DNA of 64,000 nt from an uncultured delta proteobacterium (GCA_963715335.1 CAVQRZ010000022.1:121559-185558); one strand, 5' to 3'. Counted from the stretch's first letter, positions 1-10,174 are shown. Notes: generated from the letters alone by a model not told the origin. Numbers and translations: made by a program.

Positions 1-2502
1 TCAGTCACCCTTGGCATGCGCTTGCCACATGGCTTTCTGCTGGGGAATATCCGATTGAGCAGTCTGGGGAAGTTGCTGCAGAGATATTCACAGTACGGTG
101 GAGTCGAAATTGCGATCATCGATAAAGGCGGCACACTGATCGCGCACAACATTGCGGATCTGGCCATGCAGCGAATCAGTTTTGCCAATCATCCAGCAGT
201 TCTCGGTGCGATGAATGGTGTCGACTCTACCCGGAATTTTGAGTCCGGCAGCCAGAATTACCTGGAAAGTGCGACGCAAACAAAGACTTCGCATTGGGTG
301 GTCTGGGTTGGTCTGAATATGGACGATGTGAACGCCCCGATCCACAAAATCCGCAATATGTTGATCTTCTTTATGCTCATTGCCGCGGCCCTGGCAATGG
401 TTATTGCGTTCTTCAGCGTCCGGCGCCTGATGTTGCCCCTAAACGCCCTGGGTCACAAGGCCGGCCTGATTGCCGACGGTCATTACGATTTTCAGTTCGA
501 CCCTTCAGGATTCACTGAAATTGATACGCTTGCCAGGCAGATCAGTGGGATGAGCCGCGCGATCAAGGTGCGTGAGGAATCAATTATCACCAATGAACAG
601 AGGTTCCGTGACCTGGTCAATTCGATTGACGGGATTGTCTGGGAGATGGCATTTCCTTCTTTCCGGATTCTCTTCGTCAGCCGGCAGGCAGTATCTCTGC
701 TTGGCTATACGATTCAGGACTGGTATGAAGACAGCAACTTCTGGACGGATAAAATCCATCCCGACGATGCAGAGCAGGCCAAAGCTTACAGCACCCTGAT
801 GTCCGAGAAGCTGGAAGACCATAGTTTCGAATACCGGATGATTGCTGCAGATGGTCATATTGTGTGGATACGCAACCTGGTCACGGTTGTCATCGAGGAC
901 CGATGCCCAGTCCGGTTGTTAGGTGTCATGATCGATATCACGGCGCAGAAGGAGTTGCTGGAAGAATTGCGGCGCAGTGAAGAAAACTACCGGGAAATTT
1001 TCAATGGTACCAGTGATGCGATCTTCATCCATGACGCCGAGAGCGGCAGAATCCTGGACGTGAACCAGGCCGTGTTGAACATGTACGACTGTTCCTACGA
1101 GGAGGCACTGTCCAATGATATCGGCAACTTCAGCAGGGGGGTCAGCCCCTACACGGTAGATGATGCCAAATTAAAATTGCAGGAGGCCGTGAAGAAGGGC
1201 AGCAGTTCCTTTGAGTGGATGGCCAGAAAGATGACCGGTGGCTTGTTCTGGGCAGATGTCAGCTTGCGCAGTGCCATGATCGGCCACCAGCACCGCGTGC
1301 TGGCCTCTGTCCGCGACATTTCGTCACGCAAGCAAGCGCTCGAACAACTGCGCGAAGCAAACGAGCGATTAAACCTGCTGATTGATCGCATGCCGATTGG
1401 TTGTATCCTCTGGACACCTCAATTTACCGTCAATATGTGGAACCCGACTGCCGAAAGCATCTTCGGTTTCTCTGCAAAAGAGATGATGGGTAAAGAGCCC
1501 TATGGCACGATTGTCCCTGAAGGGGCCCGGTCGACCGTCGAGCTGCTCTGGTCCAGGCTTATGATTGGGGATAAAGCGGCCCACAGTGTGAATGAAAATA
1601 TTACCAGACAAGGCGAAACGATTACATGCGAATGGTACAACACGCCAATCTTCGATGTTGCAGGCGGAGTTGCCGGAGCGATCTCCATGGTCCAGAATGT
1701 TTCGGAGCGTAAAGCTGCCGAAGACGAGTTGGAAAAATATCGTTCAACTCTTGAGGACCTGGTCAAGGATCGTTCTGCCCAGCTGGAAGCTGCCCAGGCC
1801 GAGCTTGTGCAGAAAGAGAGGCTCGCAGTGCTTGGCCAGTTGACCGCGACGGTCAGCCACGAGATTCGTAACCCGCTCGGGACGGTTGCCAACGCCCTGT
1901 ACCTGCTCAAGGAAGCGTTACAGGGTGACGAACGTCCCAAGCTCGCCAAGCCCCTCCTGCTCGCTGAGCGCAATGTCGAGCGGTGCGACACAATTATCAG
2001 TGACCTGCTCGATTTCTCCCGCCAGCGCAAGATCGAGAAGGTTCCGATCAAAATCGATGACTGGTTGACCGAACTCCTCGATGAAATGAATCTCCCTGAA
2101 CAAGTCCAGTTACAGAAAGATCTGTCCATAAACGCAGACGTTCCGGCTGATCCGGAACGCCTGCGCAGGGTCTTGGTCAATGTCATTACCAATGCCGTTC
2201 AGGCGCTCAATGAAATTGACAAACCAGACAAAAAGATCACGATCCGAACCAGGCTTGTGGATGAAACCTGTGAGATTGCTGTTCAGGACAATGGCCCGGG
2301 AATGAGCCAGGACGTGCTCAATCGAATTTTTGAGCCGATGTTCAGCACCAAGAATTTCGGCGTGGGCCTCGGCGTTCCGATTATCAGGAACATTCTCGAA
2401 GGTCATTGTGGAGGTGTTGATTATCTTAGCTCGGTCGGCGAGGGGACAACCGTTACCATGTGGCTGCCGTTGAGTGAGAAGGTTTGCTCAGAAGAGGCGT
2501 GA
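1..2502 (+). CDS. Membrane sensor histidine kinase (Cache-like, TM, HAMP, three PAS, HisKA, HATPase); 5' end lies outside the window
   Basis: Frame is open from base 1. Contains a TM segment (MLIFFMLIAAALAMVIAFF), PAS/PAC motifs (IHPDD, DITAQK), H-box TVSHEIRNPL, N-box NVITNAVQA, DNGPG and GVGLG. Confidence 0.9.
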   Translation, partial: SVTLGMRLPHGFLLGNIRLSSLGKLLQRYSQYGGVEIAIIDKGGTLIAHNIADLAMQRISFANHPAVLGAMNGVDSTRNFESGSQNYLESATQTKTSHWVVWVGLNMDDVNAPIHKIRNMLIFFMLIAAALAMVIAFFSVRRLMLPLNALGHKAGLIADGHYDFQFDPSGFTEIDTLARQISGMSRAIKVREESIITNEQRFRDLVNSIDGIVWEMAFPSFRILFVSRQAVSLLGYTIQDWYEDSNFWTDKIHPDDAEQAKAYSTLMSEKLEDHSFEYRMIAADGHIVWIRNLVTVVIEDRCPVRLLGVMIDITAQKELLEELRRSEENYREIFNGTSDAIFIHDAESGRILDVNQAVLNMYDCSYEEALSNDIGNFSRGVSPYTVDDAKLKLQEAVKKGSSSFEWMARKMTGGLFWADVSLRSAMIGHQHRVLASVRDISSRKQALEQLREANERLNLLIDRMPIGCILWTPQFTVNMWNPTAESIFGFSAKEMMGKEPYGTIVPEGARSTVELLWSRLMIGDKAAHSVNENITRQGETITCEWYNTPIFDVAGGVAGAISMVQNVSERKAAEDELEKYRSTLEDLVKDRSAQLEAAQAELVQKERLAVLGQLTATVSHEIRNPLGTVANALYLLKEALQGDERPKLAKPLLLAERNVERCDTIISDLLDFSRQRKIEKVPIKIDDWLTELLDEMNLPEQVQLQKDLSINADVPADPERLRRVLVNVITNAVQALNEIDKPDKKITIRTRLVDETCEIAVQDNGPGMSQDVLNRIFEPMFSTKNFGVGLGVPIIRNILEGHCGGVDYLSSVGEGTTVTMWLPLSEKVCSEEA

Positions 2503-2798
2503 GTGTCTCTTTGTCCCCTGGATATCCTGCGGCCTAAATCTGATTTTAACTCATTGTTGGCACGTTCGTTGTAAGCCAATCCTTTGACACGATGCCTGAT
2601 GGGGCCATGACCCGACTGTGGTGTCTTTGTTCGTAAATTTCGGGCCATCGTGGCGACCATCGTGGTATGATTTTGCGCCATGAACATGCCTAGCGAAGTG
2701 CTCACGCCAGGTCTGGTCTGCCGTAGTGGTGATGCCTGGAGATTCCGATCGACGCGTACCGCTCTGACGTACGCACTACCCGGTACGGTATTTGTCAT
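2421..2798 (-). CDS. Possible small hypothetical protein
   Basis: 125-aa ORF fills the 330-bp gap between the kinase and cheB, but overlaps the kinase 3' end by 82 nt and has no recognisable motif. Confidence 0.3.
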   Translation of the reverse strand: MTNTVPGSAYVRAVRVDRNLQASPLRQTRPGVSTSLGMFMAQNHTTMVATMARNLRTKTPQSGHGPIRHRVKGLAYNERANNELKSDLGRRISRGQRDTHASSEQTFSLNGSHMVTVVPSPTELR

Positions 2799-2832
2799 AG
2801 CTTACCGTTAGATAGATATAAGTTCAGTAGAG

Positions 2833-3915
2833 GTGGAGATGTCTCAACCTATCCGTGTTCTGATCGTTGATGATTCTGCAGTGGTCCGTCAGGCCCTCAC
2901 TGGAATTTTGTCTGCCGATCCGGCGATTGAGGTTATGGCCACTGCTGCCGATCCCCTGATTGCCGCCGACAAGATCAGAAAGGAACGCCCGGATGTCATA
3001 ACCCTTGATGTCGAGATGCCGCGCATGGATGGACTCTCCTTCCTCAAGCAAATCATGGCGACGGATCCGATACCGGTGGTCATGTGCTCAAGCCTGACGG
3101 AAAAGGGTGCCGAGGTGACGATGAAAGCCCTGCAATACGGGGCTGTGGAGATCATCAATAAGCCGCGCATGGGCGCCAGGCAATTTCTTGAAGACAGCCA
3201 TGTACAGATTTGTGACGCGGTCAAGGCTGCGGCCAAGGCCCGGGTCAGACGTCTATCCGCCCTGATCAACGAGCCTGCGCCGAAATTGACGGCGGATGTG
3301 ATGCTCAGCCAGCCCAGGTCAACAGAGAACTTTCGAACCACGCAAAAAGTATTAGCCCTGGGAGCCTCGACTGGCGGCACGGAAGCCCTGCGGATCTTTC
3401 TCGAGGAGTTGCCTTACGATGCTCCCGGGATCGTGATTGTTCAGCATATGCCGCAACATTTCACCGCGGCGTTTGCGCGGCGCCTGAACGGCATCTGTCG
3501 CATCGAAGTCAAAGAGGCGACTGATGGTGATACGGTGATTCCCGGCCGGGCCCTGATTGCCCCCGGCAATCTGCACATGATGTTGAAGCGTAGCGGCACC
3601 CGTTACTACGTGCAGGTCAAAGATGGTCCACTGGTTTGCCGCCACAGACCCTCTGTAGATGTGTTGTTCCGTTCGGTTGCCCGTTATGCGGGGATGAATG
3701 CCACCGGTATCATCATGACCGGCATGGGTGATGACGGTGCCCGGGGTATGCTGGAGATGAAGAATGCCGGGGCGGTCAACCTGGCACAGGATGAGGAGAG
3801 TTGCGTGGTCTTCGGCATGCCGCATGAAGCGATCAAGCTGAATAGCGTACAAAAAATTCTGCCACTCGACAAGTTGGCGGAGGAGGCGATGCGCCTCTAC
3901 CGCAGTATGAGCTGA
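2833..3915 (+). CDS. cheB: Chemotaxis response regulator methylesterase CheB
   Basis: Receiver domain (VLIVDDS, TLDVEMP) plus catalytic motifs [19 protein letters not shown] and [12 protein letters not shown] at 2839 is an alternative start. Confidence 0.96.
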   Translation: MEMSQPIRVLIVDDSAVVRQALTGILSADPAIEVMATAADPLIAADKIRKERPDVITLDVEMPRMDGLSFLKQIMATDPIPVVMCSSLTEKGAEVTMKALQYGAVEIINKPRMGARQFLEDSHVQICDAVKAAAKARVRRLSALINEPAPKLTADVMLSQPRSTENFRTTQKVLALGASTGGTEALRIFLEELPYDAPGIVIVQHMPQHFTAAFARRLNGICRIEVKEATDGDTVIPGRALIAPGNLHMMLKRSGTRYYVQVKDGPLVCRHRPSVDVLFRSVARYAGMNATGIIMTGMGDDGARGMLEMKNAGAVNLAQDEESCVVFGMPHEAIKLNSVQKILPLDKLAEEAMRLYRSMS

Positions 3916-3951
3916 TGTTGATCAGACAATTTATCTATACAGGATCTTTTT

Positions 3952-4839
3952 ATGAACAAGCCGACAGATGAAGAATTGATTGAGGAAATCCGCCGGCGTT
4001 TTGAATTCAATCAGAACGCTCTGAACGACATGCGTGCGATGACTCGCAAGCTGGAACAGGTCAATGTGAAACTCCAGGAATCCGAAGCTCTGAAGAGTCA
4101 GTTCCTCTCCAATATCCGCAACGAGATCAACAACCCCCTCTCGGCAATTATGGGCCTGGCCGGTCAATTCTTCGATCGCTCCTGCGACCCTGAAATCTGC
4201 AGGAAGACGATCAGTATGATCTATGCGGAGGCGTTCAACCTGGATTATCAGCTCCAGAATGTTTTCATGGCTGCCGAACTGGAAGCAGGTGATACAGAGC
4301 CGGCTTTCGCCATGGTCGACATCAGTTCGGTCCTGAACAGTTGCCTGGATAAGCTTGGCTATCGGATTTCGGACAAGGCCCTCTCTGTCTCCAGGCAGGT
4401 CCCCGAGGACCTGGTTTTCCCGACCGATGCCCAGAAAATTGAAATTATTCTGCTTAACCTGCTCGGCAACGCGGCCGAATTCACCGAACGTGGCGGTTTG
4501 ATCACTCTCGAGGTTGAAGAGAACAGGCAGGGGTTGGTCGTGTCGGTGAGTGATAACGGCCCGGGAATCAGCGCCGCCGACCAGGAGGTCATATTTGACC
4601 GTTTCCGGCAGCTCGAAGCCGGCGCGACCAAGGGCCATCGTGGCCATGGCCTGGGCCTGAGCATCTGTTGGGCTTTGGCAGAACTGCTCGGCGGGGTCCT
4701 TGACCTTGACAGCCAGCCCGGGCATGGCAGCCGGTTCGTGCTGTCTCTGCCGCGTCCCGATGTCGAGACTGTTGTCCATGCCTCTGAGGGCAATTTCTTC
4801 ATCTTTGATGACACGGAAGGTGAGGTCAAAACCTTCTAG
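3952..4839 (+). CDS. Soluble histidine-kinase-like protein; H-box His replaced by Asn
   Basis: Coiled coil, then FLSNIRNEINNPL at the H-box position, followed by NLLGNAAEF, DNGPGI, FDRF and GHGLGL. Confidence 0.85.
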   Translation: MNKPTDEELIEEIRRRFEFNQNALNDMRAMTRKLEQVNVKLQESEALKSQFLSNIRNEINNPLSAIMGLAGQFFDRSCDPEICRKTISMIYAEAFNLDYQLQNVFMAAELEAGDTEPAFAMVDISSVLNSCLDKLGYRISDKALSVSRQVPEDLVFPTDAQKIEIILLNLLGNAAEFTERGGLITLEVEENRQGLVVSVSDNGPGISAADQEVIFDRFRQLEAGATKGHRGHGLGLSICWALAELLGGVLDLDSQPGHGSRFVLSLPRPDVETVVHASEGNFFIFDDTEGEVKTF

Positions 4840-4842
4840 CTT

Positions 4843-5349
4843 ATGAATCTGCCAATAACAACGCCTCAGGCTGAAGCCCTGCCGCGCCATTACCTCTATC
4901 CGGGCACACTGTTCGTGCACCGTCAAGCGCACCTGGTCACCACTGTCCTGGGCTCCTGCGTCGCCGTATGCCTCTGGAACCAGACTTCCCAACTCGGCGG
5001 GATCAATCATTACCTGCTGCCACTGTGGAACGGTGAAGGCCTGCCGACACCCAAGTACGGCAACATCGCGATCGCCAAGCTGGTCGAAAAGGTCAGGGCA
5101 CTTTCCAACCCCGGTGACAAACTGATCGCCAAGGTGTTCGGTGGTGCTTCCATGTGGGAGAAAACCGAAGGCTTGCTGGCGATTGGCCAAAGAAACATCG
5201 AATTTGTCGTTGAGGCCCTGGAATCCCACAAAATCCCGATTGTCGGCAGTGACCTGGGCGGTTATCACGGCCGCAAGGTGATCTTCAACAGTGGCGACGG
5301 CACGGTTCTGATGCGCCGACAGCGGTCGATGCGCATGTCACAACCTTGA
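4843..5349 (+). CDS. cheD: Chemoreceptor glutamine deamidase CheD
   Basis: Motifs TTVLGSCVAVCL, GGINHYLLP, AKVFGGA, IGQRN and DLGG..GRKV.F. Confidence 0.93.
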   Translation: MNLPITTPQAEALPRHYLYPGTLFVHRQAHLVTTVLGSCVAVCLWNQTSQLGGINHYLLPLWNGEGLPTPKYGNIAIAKLVEKVRALSNPGDKLIAKVFGGASMWEKTEGLLAIGQRNIEFVVEALESHKIPIVGSDLGGYHGRKVIFNSGDGTVLMRRQRSMRMSQP

Positions 5350-5421
5350 CGAACGGCATGCCTTCTCAGCCACAGATTAATTGCCGGTACGGCACGCTCT
5401 TGCTGGACAGGCAGGTGATGC

Positions 5422-5628
5422 TTAGGCTGCCTTGATTTGCCGATAACCCCTGACTTGATTTTCGGTACAGCGTTGCCGTGTATATCGTGCCGGCCCCGCT
5501 TGTGTTTTGTTGGATGAGCTGCGGGTCGAAGCGGCGTCCGAATCAGGTTTTGAGTGGTTTTTGCTTGTGGGGATCAACTGGCTGATGCCTGCGACCAGGA
5601 ATCCTGCCAACATGATGATTTCAAACAT
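5422..5628 (-). CDS. Small hypothetical protein with N-terminal hydrophobic helix
   Basis: Strong RBS (GAGGGAGG) 6 nt before the ATG; N-terminus MFEIIMLAGFLVAGISQLIP. Confidence 0.6.
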   Translation of the reverse strand: MFEIIMLAGFLVAGISQLIPTSKNHSKPDSDAASTRSSSNKTQAGPARYTRQRCTENQVRGYRQIKAA

Positions 5629-5789
5629 GACTTGCCTCCCTCGGTTGTTACCCAGTTAACTTGCGTGCTGTGACAGAATAGGTCACAGTCAGGGCCGCCT
5701 GATTCGAAGTCTCGTTTGATGTTGTTGCGACGGTTCTCTGCGAAGCGCTCCGGCATGAAAAAATGGCCATATATTAGGATGTTTGAATA

Positions 5790-5822
5790 TTGACGAAGCC
5801 TGTAAAATCGTATACAGTATGC
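5790..5822 (+). promoter_or_regulatory. Sigma-70-type acnB promoter with overlapping GTATAC-containing operator candidate
   Basis: TTGACG (5790-5795), 17-nt spacer, TACAGT (5813-5818). GTATACAGTATGC spans 5810-5822. Confidence 0.55.
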
Positions 5823-5911
5823 AGGTTTCGGTTCGACTTGAACCCTGTTTTACTCAGGTTATAAACGGTGACAGCTATTTGTTTCACCTACAACTATGAT
5901 GGAGGAGAGAG

Positions 5912-8443
5912 ATGATTGAAGCTTATCTGATGCACGAAAAAGAGCGGAATGCCCAGGGTATTCCGGCTCTTCCACTCAACCCGGAGCAGACCACGGATCT
6001 ATGTGTTTTGCTGCAAAGCCCTCCGGCCGGCAAGGAAGAGTTCCTGATGAACCTGTTCACCGAAAGGGTTTCTCCCGGTGTTGATCCTGCTGCCGAAGTC
6101 AAGGCCGGGTTCCTGGCAGAAATTCTGAAAGGCACCAAGAGCTCGCCGCTGATCGACAAGCAGAAGGCCGTGCAGATCCTGGGCACCATGATCGGCGGCT
6201 ACAACGTGCAACCATTGATTGCTGCACTCGGTGATGCTGCTGTGGCCGATGCCGCTGCGTCAGCTTTGTCCGGCATGACCTATGTTTATGATGCTGCCGG
6301 TCAAGTGATTGAACTTGCCAAAAACAATGCTGCAGCAAAAAAAGTCGTTGAAAGCTGGGCTGCCGCCGAGTGGTTCACTAACAAACCTGCCATGGCAGAA
6401 ATCATTAAAGTCAAGGTTTTCAAGGTAGATGGTGAAATCAACACCGATGATTTTTCTCCTGCCGGCGATGCATGGAGCCGTCCTGACATCCCGTTGCATG
6501 CTCTGGCCATGGGTAAGACCCGTTTCCCCGGTGGTATCGAAGAAATCGCCAAGTGGCGCGCTGAAGGCCATCAAGTCGCTTTTGTCGGTGATGTGGTCGG
6601 TACCGGATCTTCCCGTAAATCGGCATGTAATAGCGTTCTGTGGTGTATCGGTGATGATATCCCGGCCGTTCCGAACAAGCGCCGTGGTGGTGTGATCATC
6701 GGTGGTGTTATCGCTCCGATCTTCTTCAATACCGCCCAGGATTCCGGCACCTTGCCTTTGAGGATGGATGTCGCCAAGTTGAATATGGGTGATGTTATCA
6801 CCATCAATACCGCAAAGGGTGAAGTCACAAACGAAGCTGGCGAGGTTCTCTCGACTTTCGAAATCAAGCCGGATACGGTACCTGACGAGTTCCGGGCCGG
6901 TGGTCGGATCCCGCTGATTATCGGTTGCGCCGTGACCAAGGAGGCCCGCGAAGCCCTGGGTCTGGGAGAGTCCGATATCTTTGCCAAGACGGTAAATCCT
7001 GCGCCCAAACCTGGTCAGGGCTACACCCAGGCGCAAAAGATGGTTGGTCGCGCCTGTGGCGTCGAAGGCGTCCTGCCCGGTTCTTCCTGCGCACCGGTCA
7101 TGACCACGGTCGGTTCCCAGGACACGACTGGCCCGATGACCGCCGATGAGATCAAGGAGCTTGCCTGCCTCCGGTTCAAATCTCCGATGGTCATGCAGTC
7201 TTTCTGCCATACCGCCGCTTATCCGAAACCAGCCGACGTGAAGATGCATGCAAATCTGCCGAAATTTATCTCCGACCGAGCCGGAGTGGCGTTGCGTCCC
7301 GGTGACGGTGTTATCCACAGCTGGTTGAACCGTCTGCTGGTTCCCGATACCGTCGGTACCGGTGGTGATTCGCACACTCGTTTCCCGATTGGCATCAGCT
7401 TCCCGGCAGGTTCTGGCCTGATCGCTTTTGCCGGGGCTCTGGGTTTTATGCCCCTTGATATGCCTGAATCTGTTCTGGTTCGTTTTAAGGGTGAGTTCAA
7501 AGAGGGCATCACCCTGCGTGATGCTGTGAATGCCATCCCTTACTGGGCTATCAAGCAAGGGCTCTTGACTGTGCCGAAGAAAAACAAGGTCAACATCTTC
7601 AACGGCCGGATCCTGGAGATGGAAGGACTGCCGAATTTGTCTGTTGAACAGGCTTTTGAATTAACCGACGCCGCTGCCGAGCGTTCTGCTGCTGCCGGTT
7701 GTATCCAACTCTCCGAAGAGAGTGTCTGCACTTACCTGCGCTCGAACGTTGCACTGATGAAAAAAATGATCGAAGAAGGTTACCAGGACCCGGAGACCCT
7801 GCAGGGTCGGATCGATGCCGTCAACGAGTGGCTCAAGGCTCCCAAACTGCTTAAAGCCGATGCCAACGCCGAGTATGCTGCAGTGATCGAAATCGATCTG
7901 GCTGAAATTACCGAGCCGATCCTCGCCTGCCCAAACGATCCGGATGACGTCAAGCTGCTTTCCGATGTTCAGGGAACGCCGATCCAGGACGTCTTCCTCG
8001 GCTCCTGTATGACCAACATCGGTCATTTCCGTGCGGCCGCTGAGGTCTGGCGTGGTGAGAAGTTCAACCCGAATGTCCGTACCTGGGTCTGCCCGCCGAC
8101 CCGCATGGACCAGGCCAAGCTGAAAGAAGAGGCGGTTTTCTCGGTCTTCAGTGCCATGGGTGCCCGTCTGGAAATAGCCGGTTGTTCGCTCTGCATGGGG
8201 AACCAGGCCCGAGTGCCCGATGGCGTGAATATGTTCTCTACTTCGACCCGTAACTTTGATGACCGCATTGGCAACGGCGCCCGGGTCTACCTCGGTTCCG
8301 CCGAACTCGGTGCAGTGACCACAAGCATGGGCAAACTGCCGACTCCAGCCGAGTACCTGGCGGTCTACAAGGAGAAGATTGCTCCCAAGGCCGATTCCAT
8401 TTATCAGTACCTGCAGTTTGATGAAATGGATGGGTACAAGTAA
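5912..8443 (+). CDS. acnB: Aconitate hydratase B
   Basis: HEAT-like N-terminus; motifs GTGSSRKSA, SQDTTGPMT, GDSHTRFP, GSCMTNIG, GCSLCMGNQA, STSTRNF; RBS GGAGGAG. Confidence 0.98.
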   Translation: MIEAYLMHEKERNAQGIPALPLNPEQTTDLCVLLQSPPAGKEEFLMNLFTERVSPGVDPAAEVKAGFLAEILKGTKSSPLIDKQKAVQILGTMIGGYNVQPLIAALGDAAVADAAASALSGMTYVYDAAGQVIELAKNNAAAKKVVESWAAAEWFTNKPAMAEIIKVKVFKVDGEINTDDFSPAGDAWSRPDIPLHALAMGKTRFPGGIEEIAKWRAEGHQVAFVGDVVGTGSSRKSACNSVLWCIGDDIPAVPNKRRGGVIIGGVIAPIFFNTAQDSGTLPLRMDVAKLNMGDVITINTAKGEVTNEAGEVLSTFEIKPDTVPDEFRAGGRIPLIIGCAVTKEAREALGLGESDIFAKTVNPAPKPGQGYTQAQKMVGRACGVEGVLPGSSCAPVMTTVGSQDTTGPMTADEIKELACLRFKSPMVMQSFCHTAAYPKPADVKMHANLPKFISDRAGVALRPGDGVIHSWLNRLLVPDTVGTGGDSHTRFPIGISFPAGSGLIAFAGALGFMPLDMPESVLVRFKGEFKEGITLRDAVNAIPYWAIKQGLLTVPKKNKVNIFNGRILEMEGLPNLSVEQAFELTDAAAERSAAAGCIQLSEESVCTYLRSNVALMKKMIEEGYQDPETLQGRIDAVNEWLKAPKLLKADANAEYAAVIEIDLAEITEPILACPNDPDDVKLLSDVQGTPIQDVFLGSCMTNIGHFRAAAEVWRGEKFNPNVRTWVCPPTRMDQAKLKEEAVFSVFSAMGARLEIAGCSLCMGNQARVPDGVNMFSTSTRNFDDRIGNGARVYLGSAELGAVTTSMGKLPTPAEYLAVYKEKIAPKADSIYQYLQFDEMDGYK

Positions 8444-8475
8444 ATGATAAAGTAGAACGCAGAAAGTAAAATGAG

Positions 8476-8506
8476 AAGGCCGCTCCCTATGGAGCGGCCT
8501 TTTTTT
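8476..8506 (+). terminator. Rho-independent terminator of acnB
   Basis: Stem AAGGCCGCTCC-ctat-GGAGCGGCCTT followed by a T run. Confidence 0.9.
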
Positions 8507-8622
8507 GAAGTGCGAAGCGCGAATTGCGAAAAAGCTTTACTGCCTTCAGGCTGAACGATAACTTTCCTCGCACCTCGCACCTCGCACCTCGCACCTCGCA
8601 CCTCTCACCTCTCACCTCCACC
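8507..8622. repeat. Heptamer repeat arrays forming imperfect inverted arms
   Basis: GAAGTGC GAAGCGC GAATTGC at 8507-8527; (CCTCGCA)x5 then (CCTCTCA)x2 at 8566-8614. Confidence 0.9.
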
Positions 8623-8735
8623 TTGCTTAATTACTTGCACCTGCGACACTTCAACGCTAGATTAATGCCAGAGGCATTTGCGCGTAACGACCCTGATCTG
8701 CAATCCGCAGATTATCCAACGGCAAGGGTTTTCGG

Positions 8736-10174
8736 ATGTCAGAAGACAATGTCCTGTTTCAGCCCATCAAGAAGTTCTGCCGGCGCAATGTGGCCACCTG
8801 TGAGCCTGATGACACGGTTTTGCACGTTGCCGGTGACATGCGCGACCGGAACATCTCCAGCATAATCGTTTGTGAAGACGCCATGCCAGTGGGAATCTTG
8901 ACCGATCGCGACCTGCGCAACAAGGTCGTTTCCCTGGCGATTGATCCTGCCACGGTTACCGCCCGCGACATCATGAACGCCCCGTTGATTACGGTCAGTG
9001 AAGATGATTTTATTTTTGAAGCGCTCTACCGGATTTCCAAGAACAATATCCACAGGATCTGTGTCGTTGATCAGGATAATCGCCTATCAGGGATCATCAC
9101 CGTCACAGACATCATGCGTTTGCAGACGCACTCGCCGCAGGAGCTGATCCGTGACATCGATAATGCTGCCACCCTCGACGAGTTGAAGAACTACCATCTG
9201 CAGATTCAGGCTCTGGTCCTGCATCTCGTCAGTACCGGAGTCCCCCCCGGGAGCTGGTCCGCATGATCGCACTGTTGAATGACCAGCTGCTGCTGCGCCT
9301 GATTGAGCTCCTGCGCGCCCGTCAGTTCTGCGACATGACCGATAAGTTTGCGTTTGTCGTGCTTGGCAGTGAAGGGCGCCGTGAACAGACCCTGACCACA
9401 GATCAGGACAATGCGATTATCTATGCTGACGATCTCTCCCCGGCAGAAATTGCCGAAATCGCAGCCTTCTCGGAGAAGCTCATCGATTCTTTGATTGAGA
9501 TAGGCGTCCCGCCTTGCCCTGGGGGTATCATGGCGAAAAACCAGTTCTGGAGGCGCAGCTTCAGCGAATGGGCAAAGGTGCTCGGTACCTGGCTGACCAA
9601 TCCGCTGCCGGAACATATTCTGAATGGCAGCATGTTTTTCGACCTGCGCACGATTTATGGTGATCCACGTCTGGAAAAAGGCCTCAGGGAGATGCTGGTT
9701 GGACATTTCAAAGAAGAAAAGATGTTCCTGACCCGATCTGCGGCCAACATCAATCGCTTCAAACCGCCGCTCGGCCTTTTAGGGGGCATCAAGACCGAGC
9801 ATGACGAAGAGCATCGCGGCCAGATTGATGTTAAAAAGGCCGGCATCTTCGCAATTACCGAGGGGGTCAAGGCCCTTGCCATGGAGGCCGGGGTCATGGG
9901 CGGTGGAACCCGTGAGAGGGTAGAGGCCCTGGTTGAAAAACAGGTCCTGACCCAAAAGTTGGCCGATAATCTCGAGGCCAGCTACAACTATCTGGTTTTC
10001 CTGCGTTTGCGCTGCCAGGTCGAAAACATCAAGGCCGGAAATCCGCCGGGCAATTACATCACCTTGTCCAGGCTCAATCACATGGAAAAGGGCCGTTTAA
10101 AAATCGCTTTTGAAGAAATCAACGAGTTCCATGAATTCCTCAGGGTCCATTTCCGTGTCCATCTGCTGCGCTGA
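8736..10174 (+). CDS. CBS-pair plus DUF294 putative nucleotidyltransferase; frameshifted at a C7 run (9242-9248)
   Basis: CBS motif GILTDRDLR in ORF 8736-9266; GSEGRREQTLTTDQDNA, CPGGIMAKN and FFDLR in ORF 9263-10174. One extra C joins them as ...GVPPRELVRMIA... Confidence 0.85.

Noticed and set aside
2557..2573. Sigma-54-like TTGGCACGTTCGTTGTA upstream of cheB
   Set aside because: The -12 element is GT rather than GC and it lies about 260 nt from the start; too weak to call.
5390..5404. Sigma-54-like CGGCACGCTCTTGCT
   Set aside because: Only 9 nt between GG and GC (10 required) and no suitably placed downstream gene.
3931..7558. Long antisense ORFs (3931-5268, 6260-7558; likewise 19171-20055, 24110-25069, 46551-47597)
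   Set aside because: Shadow frames opposite well-supported genes in GC-rich DNA, with no motifs.
8566..8622. Possible CRISPR array or coding repeat (ORFs 8404-8601, 8524-8865)
   Set aside because: Units are 7 nt with no spacers and no cas genes; the ORFs are translations of the repeat.
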